Below, piece after piece: positions 59,319 to 64,000 of a DNA stretch of 64,000 nt; the first letter of the stretch is position 1; every line of letters starts with the position of its first letter. The notes beneath the pieces were generated by a model that had not been told where the DNA came from, ran no database searches, and was given only the letters and a program-made list of their open reading frames with translations. Position numbers and translations under genes: made by a program. The DNA is taken from contig JAIETW010000001.1 of assembly GCA_019744845.1 (NCBI GenBank), positions 177,999-241,998 of the forward strand, in the 5' to 3' direction. This DNA is from Patescibacteria group bacterium. GTDB lineage: Bacteria > Patescibacteriota > Minisyncoccia > Phycocordibacterales > Phycocordibacteraceae.

Positions 59319-59401
59319 GCGGTTAATCTTACTACGCTATTGCGTAAATCGCCTCTGGAAAACTTCATAGGTGGCGTCCTCTGGACGCTATACTTCTGTA
59401 T

Positions 59402-60262
59402 ATGAGCGAGCCGGTGATTAATGAACGAGAGCGACAGGCAGCACTTTCGCTCACTAAAAATCAGGTACCTATTCGGGAGTGGTGGTTTAAGGATAATGCA
59501 CTTCTGACATTTGCGTTTAATACGAGCTCTGCCACCGTCCCTGAAGGGGAACGGTTCATCGTGCGTGCAGCCGCAGACGCAAAGAAACTGATTACGGATC
59601 CTGAACTCAAGAAACAAGCGGATATTCTCATTCATGAGGAAACGGCGCATGCACAGATGCATGACGCATATAACGGGTATCTAGACGCACAGGGCTTCCC
59701 CGCGACCAAACACGTACAAGAAACAAAGGTGCTACTTCTCTTCTTTGAGCGTGTCTTCTCTCTCAAAATGCGGTTGGTAACCTGCATGATTATTGAGCAC
59801 TTTACGAATACCTATTCAAAACAGGTGCTTGATATTGGTGTGCTTGAGGGTGAAGACACAGACGAGCGTATGGATCGGGTGTGGAGTTGGCACTGTATAG
59901 AAGAGATGGAACACCGCTCCACTGCCGTAGACCTGTATCGCGCGCTTGGGGGTGGATACTTTCTCCGCGTTTCTATTGGTGCCTTTGTGAGCGTGGCATT
60001 CTTCGTAGCGCACGTACGCTGTTTGGTAGATTTCATGACCGCTAAGAAACTATTCTGGAATGGCACTATCTGGAAGAAAGGGCTCCCCTATCTTCTTGGG
60101 AAGAAAGGAGTGTACTACTTAGTACTTAAGTACTGGCTCACCTACTTCAAGCCAGGATTTCATCCTACCGACATCCCTATTGAAAATAGGTTTAACAAAC
60201 AGCTCCACCACTACCACATTGAAGACGAGCTGGTAGGGTACTTTAACGTACCCGTACAGTAA
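59402..60262 (+). CDS. Predicted metal-dependent hydrolase (ferritin-like diiron motifs)
   Basis: P.GERF, EE.AH..H, EHFT, WH..EE.EH, YFKPGFHP. Confidence 0.85.
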   Translation: MSEPVINERERQAALSLTKNQVPIREWWFKDNALLTFAFNTSSATVPEGERFIVRAAADAKKLITDPELKKQADILIHEETAHAQMHDAYNGYLDAQGFPATKHVQETKVLLLFFERVFSLKMRLVTCMIIEHFTNTYSKQVLDIGVLEGEDTDERMDRVWSWHCIEEMEHRSTAVDLYRALGGGYFLRVSIGAFVSVAFFVAHVRCLVDFMTAKKLFWNGTIWKKGLPYLLGKKGVYYLVLKYWLTYFKPGFHPTDIPIENRFNKQLHHYHIEDELVGYFNVPVQ

Positions 60263-60312
60263 AAAGCTGCGCTGCCCTCTCTTTTTGCACATGTGCTAAA
60301 ATCCGAACATTC

Positions 60313-61428
60313 ATGAGAACCCTTGGAATTGTCGGTGGCGGCCAGCTTGCGCGAATGCTCACAGATGCCGCACACGGCCTTGGCCTCCGAGTGGTAGTAC
60401 TTGACCCTACTCCCGAGTCCCCTGGAGGACAAGTTGCTGATATGCAAATCGTTGGCTCATTTACTGATCCAGATATGATCCGTGCGCTTGCCGCACAAAG
60501 TGACGTGATCACATTTGAAACTGAATCTGCAGATAATGAAACATTGCAGTCAGTTTCAGCGACAAAGCCAGTCCACCCCTCTCCTCAGATGCTTTCCGTT
60601 ATTAAAGACAAGTTCGCACAAAAACAATTTCTTGCGGCACACGGTATCCCTACTTCTGAGTTTTCGGAGATCACTACACCCGAAAGCGCGGAGGCGTTTG
60701 GTCGGTTGCACGGCTATCCATTTGTCCTTAAGGCAAAACGTGACTCCTATGACGGACGAGGTAATGCGCTTATTTCTGATGCGGACTCTATCCCAGCTGC
60801 GTTTGAAAAGCTTGGGAACCGTGCAGTCTATGCAGAACGATTTGTTCCATTCACCAAGGAACTTGCGGTAGTTGCGGTACGAAGTACGACCGGAGAGGTA
60901 GCGCTTTTCCCGATCGTAGAAACCGTACACAAAAACCACATCTGCGATACGGTCACCATGCCTGCACCAGTAGACTCATCTACTGTGGAAGAAGCAGAAG
61001 CGCTTGCACGAAAGACACTCAACGCACTTCCTGGTGTGGGGGTCTGTGCCATTGAAATGTTTCTTGCAGACCGTGTGTTAGTAAATGAGATAGCTCCCCG
61101 TGTGCACAATTCCGGACACCTCACCATTGAGGCCTGTGAGAGTTCTCAGTTTGAACAGCATGTCCGTGCGGTAATGGAAATGCCACTTGGCAGTACGAAG
61201 ATGAAAGTGCCCGCCGCAGTGATGCTTAATATTCTCGGTACACGAAACGGTCCTGCTGAACCAAAGGGGTTTGATGAATTGCAACATGAACCAGGCACGT
61301 ACGTGCACCTCTACGGAAAACACGAATCACGGATCGGTAGAAAGATGGCACACATTACCGTTACGGCAGACACCGTGGAAGAGGCGCGAGCAAAAGCAGA
61401 CGCATTGCGCGATCGTGTTAGCATATAG
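60313..61428 (+). CDS. purK: N5-CAIR synthetase
   Basis: GGGQLARM, YDGRG, NEIAPRVHNSGH, HLYGK..RKMAH. Confidence 0.96.
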   Translation: MRTLGIVGGGQLARMLTDAAHGLGLRVVVLDPTPESPGGQVADMQIVGSFTDPDMIRALAAQSDVITFETESADNETLQSVSATKPVHPSPQMLSVIKDKFAQKQFLAAHGIPTSEFSEITTPESAEAFGRLHGYPFVLKAKRDSYDGRGNALISDADSIPAAFEKLGNRAVYAERFVPFTKELAVVAVRSTTGEVALFPIVETVHKNHICDTVTMPAPVDSSTVEEAEALARKTLNALPGVGVCAIEMFLADRVLVNEIAPRVHNSGHLTIEACESSQFEQHVRAVMEMPLGSTKMKVPAAVMLNILGTRNGPAEPKGFDELQHEPGTYVHLYGKHESRIGRKMAHITVTADTVEEARAKADALRDRVSI

Positions 61429-61431
61429 CGT

Positions 61432-61872
61432 ATGACGAAGGTGGGCATCATTATGGGCTCGGACTCAGATTTGCCAGTGATGCAAGAGGCGGCGACAGTA
61501 CTGAGCGACCTACAGATCCCTCACGAAGTGCTCATTGTGTCAGCACATCGCACCCCTGAAAAGCTCTATAGCTACGCGAAAGAGGCAGAGGGTCGCGGCA
61601 TTTCTGTCATCATTGCGGGTGCAGGAGGTGCTGCGCACTTACCAGGAATGGTGGCGTCACTCACTCCCCTTCCTGTGATTGGCGTTCCCATTGCCACAAA
61701 AACTGCAGCAGGCATTGATTCTCTTTTTTCTATAGCGCAAATGCCTCCAGGAGTACCTGTGGCGACTGTCGCCATCAACGGTGCACAGAGTGCAGGAATG
61801 ATGGCTGCGCGTATTCTGGGTATCGCTGATCAAGGAATACGAGAAAAGCTCACATCCAACAGAGGATCATAA
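61432..61872 (+). CDS. purE: N5-CAIR mutase
   Basis: [36 protein letters not shown]. Confidence 0.96.
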   Translation: MTKVGIIMGSDSDLPVMQEAATVLSDLQIPHEVLIVSAHRTPEKLYSYAKEAEGRGISVIIAGAGGAAHLPGMVASLTPLPVIGVPIATKTAAGIDSLFSIAQMPPGVPVATVAINGAQSAGMMAARILGIADQGIREKLTSNRGS

Positions 61873-61876
61873 TCTG

Positions 61877-61963
61877 CGGAGAGGGTGGGATTTGAACCCA
61901 CGGTACCCTTTCGAGCACGCCTGATTTCGAGTCAGGTGCCTTCGACCACTCAGCCACCTCTCC
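61877..61963 (-). tRNA. tRNA-Ser(CGA)
   Basis: ggagagg acceptor, anticodon loop ctCGAaa, long variable arm. Confidence 0.95.
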
Positions 61964-61989
61964 GTACCGCGCATCCTACCAGCTTACCG

Positions 61990-62970
61990 CTACCCGCGCA
62001 TTACGAGATATATCACGTATATAACGTATGCAAGAATAAACAGAATTCCTTGCCAACGATCAATGTGATGTTTCTTGCCAACAAAGAGGACGAGAAGGAG
62101 CGCAAGGGTTGCCGCAATACCGACTGACGCATCTATAAGGAATCCGTTCGGAGACGGAAGCGGTGCAATGACTGCACTCACCCCAAGAATCCAAAATACG
62201 TTAAATATGTTGGATCCTACAATGTTTCCAATCGCGATATCCGCCTCTTTGCGGAGTGCCGCAATCACGGAGGTAGCAAGTTCTGGGAGTGAGGTTCCGA
62301 CAGCGACAATGGTAAGACCTATCACTGTTTCTGAAAGCCCGAAGAGAGAGGCAATGATTACCGCATTATCTACGAGTAACTTTCCGCCAAAAATAAGTGC
62401 GGCGAGACCCACCACAACGTATGCAATCACTTTGAGAGTAGGGAGCGATGCTTCATCCATTGCTTCCCCTTCGGTTTTTGATGTGTCACCTTCCTGACGC
62501 ACCAGCGCAAAGATATAGAACATAAAGATTATGAAGAATCCAAGAAGTGCAATACCGTCTGTACGGGTAATCACGTCTAGTGCTCCTCCATCCAGGATGC
62601 GATCTGCGCCGAAGACAAACAGGAAAATCATGGCAAGAAGCGCGAGTGGAATTTCCCATTTCACCGTACTTGAAGAAACGGCAAGCGGAACAATAGCAGC
62701 AGAAATACCGAGAATGAGAAGAATGTTCGCTATATTAGAACCAAGGACGTTTCCGACAGAGATCTCTGATGCACCTGTAAGTGCGGCATACACGCTCACC
62801 GTAAGTTCTGGCATGGATGTGCCGAACGCCACCACCGTAAGACCAATTACCAATGGTGAAATACCAAACTTACTCGCAATTGAGGACGCACCTTTCACTA
62901 ACCAGTCTGCACCGAACACGAGGATAATGAGACCAACAGCAAGTAACGCAAGAGTGATGAGTATTTCCAT
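61990..62970 (-). CDS. Calcium/sodium antiporter (YrbG-like)
   Basis: Two alpha repeats: GTSMPEL..GNVLGSN and GTSLPEL..GNIVGSN. Confidence 0.95.
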   Translation of the reverse strand: MEILITLALLAVGLIILVFGADWLVKGASSIASKFGISPLVIGLTVVAFGTSMPELTVSVYAALTGASEISVGNVLGSNIANILLILGISAAIVPLAVSSSTVKWEIPLALLAMIFLFVFGADRILDGGALDVITRTDGIALLGFFIIFMFYIFALVRQEGDTSKTEGEAMDEASLPTLKVIAYVVVGLAALIFGGKLLVDNAVIIASLFGLSETVIGLTIVAVGTSLPELATSVIAALRKEADIAIGNIVGSNIFNVFWILGVSAVIAPLPSPNGFLIDASVGIAATLALLLVLFVGKKHHIDRWQGILFILAYVIYVIYLVMRG

Positions 62971-63048
62971 CTGGAGAGTATAGGGGGTACAGCAGCGTTA
63001 TTTTTGAGTTTTCCCCGAAAAATGCTATCGTTTCGGGGTCTTATAGAC

Positions 63049-63123
63049 GGCCCCATCGTCTAACGGTTAGGACAGCGCCCTTTCACGGCGTAAATCGGGG
63101 TTCGATTCCCCGTGGGGTCACCA
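63049..63123 (+). tRNA. tRNA-Glu(TTC)
   Basis: Anticodon loop ctTTCac and encoded CCA. Confidence 0.95.
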
Positions 63124-63642
63124 GTGAAATATATAGTCGCCGATAAAGGTTCCGGCGAAAATAAAGACCGTTGCCCAAAGAAGACCACTGAGCACATTCC
63201 ATAGAAGGAACTGTTTTAGCGGCATATCGGCCACCCCCGCGGCAAAGGTGACAATTGAACTAAGTGGGCCAAGGAAGCGACCGATTAAGATACCAGCCCC
63301 TTCATACTGCTCAAGAAGATCGGCACCTTGAGAGAGGTGTTTTTCCTTGGGGAATCTCCTTTTAGATATGAACGATTTGTTCACAAGAAGCCCAAGATAG
63401 TAGCTCGCACATCCACCAAGTACTGCGCCAGTCGCTGCAAACAAAGTCATATCTCCTAAGTCGTAGACACCACGAGAAATAAGCGCACCTGCAAGGAGAA
63501 GGAAGATCAGGCCATTGGTGAATGTTCCGACAATGATCAACGAATCTGCAAGCGCGATAAGAAAGATAAGCCAGTACGCAAGCACTCCGAGATGCTCAAA
63601 GGTATAGAGAAGTGTAGAGAAGAGCTCTGAAAGGACCTCCAT
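63118..63642 (-). CDS. DedA-family membrane protein
   Basis: GA.LG...SYYLG, GRFLGPL..AAG...M....F...N. Confidence 0.9.
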   Translation of the reverse strand: MEVLSELFSTLLYTFEHLGVLAYWLIFLIALADSLIIVGTFTNGLIFLLLAGALISRGVYDLGDMTLFAATGAVLGGCASYYLGLLVNKSFISKRRFPKEKHLSQGADLLEQYEGAGILIGRFLGPLSSIVTFAAGVADMPLKQFLLWNVLSGLLWATVFIFAGTFIGDYIFHW

Positions 63643-63663
63643 CTCTACAGTATAGCGGATTGT

Positions 63664-64000
63664 TTATTCCACTGGTGCTTCGGGTGCAGCCTCCTCTTCT
63701 ACCGCCTCTTCCGTTACAGGCTCTTCAACCGGCTCCGCTACCACAGGAACCTCCTCTGTAGGCACATCTTCTTCCGCGGGAGTTCCCTCTTCTTCTGGCG
63801 CAGGCGTTTCTTCTTGTGTTGGCTCTGGATTCTCTTCCTCCTCAACTTCAGACTCCTCTCGCTCTGCATTAGCATCCCACGTCACGAGTGGTACCGGATT
63901 TTCTACGAAGAGTGGGTCATTTTCTAACGCAGGTACCGTATACTGCGGAATCTGCTCTACTTTCGGTTCTATAAACTTACCCACAAGACCCGAATACACC
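63664..64000 (-). CDS. C-terminal part of a protein with an acidic Glu/Pro-rich tail (truncated by the window)
   Basis: Open frame to the window end; low-complexity EEEP tail. Confidence 0.6.
   Translation of the reverse strand, partial: VYSGLVGKFIEPKVEQIPQYTVPALENDPLFVENPVPLVTWDANAEREESEVEEEENPEPTQEETPAPEEEGTPAEEDVPTEEVPVVAEPVEEPVTEEAVEEEAAPEAPVE

Noticed and set aside
1-64000. CRISPR array, integrase, transposase, reverse transcriptase, rRNA or alternative genetic code
   Set aside because: No regularly spaced repeats or diagnostic motifs were seen. TGA terminates conserved genes such as infB and dprA.

Overview
This is a 64-kb chromosomal segment of a small-genome bacterium, inferred to be Patescibacteria/CPR (Parcubacteria-like) from gene content and style. 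It uses the standard genetic code (TGA stops, tRNA-Trp CCA). The core backbone comprises dnaX, dus, ftsQ-like, serS, dprA, topA, rel, parB, miaA, rpmG, clpB, infB-rbfA, gyrA, rpsA, pth, lepB, rpsU, ybeY, ftsA-ftsZ, trxB and nine tRNAs. Accessory content includes the 5' part of a giant repeat-containing surface protein, a CopC/CopD copper locus with a His-rich leader ORF, a restriction-modification pair, an AT-rich three-gene defence-like cassette (small protein + Z1-domain SF2 ATPase + m5C methylase) at the 3' end of tRNA-Gln, a tandem array of six VirB2/TrbC-like pilins, a pilin-peptidase fusion, and purT, purK and purE. Two window-wide patterns were seen by eye: strong depletion of TCGA, and TAnnnT boxes about 6-11 nt before most start codons, suggesting leaderless mRNAs. 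The best candidates for an undescribed system are the Z1/m5C cassette with degenerate inverted ends, the pilin array with its enzyme-bearing pilin, and several structured RNA candidates. All family calls come from recognised motifs, not from database searches.
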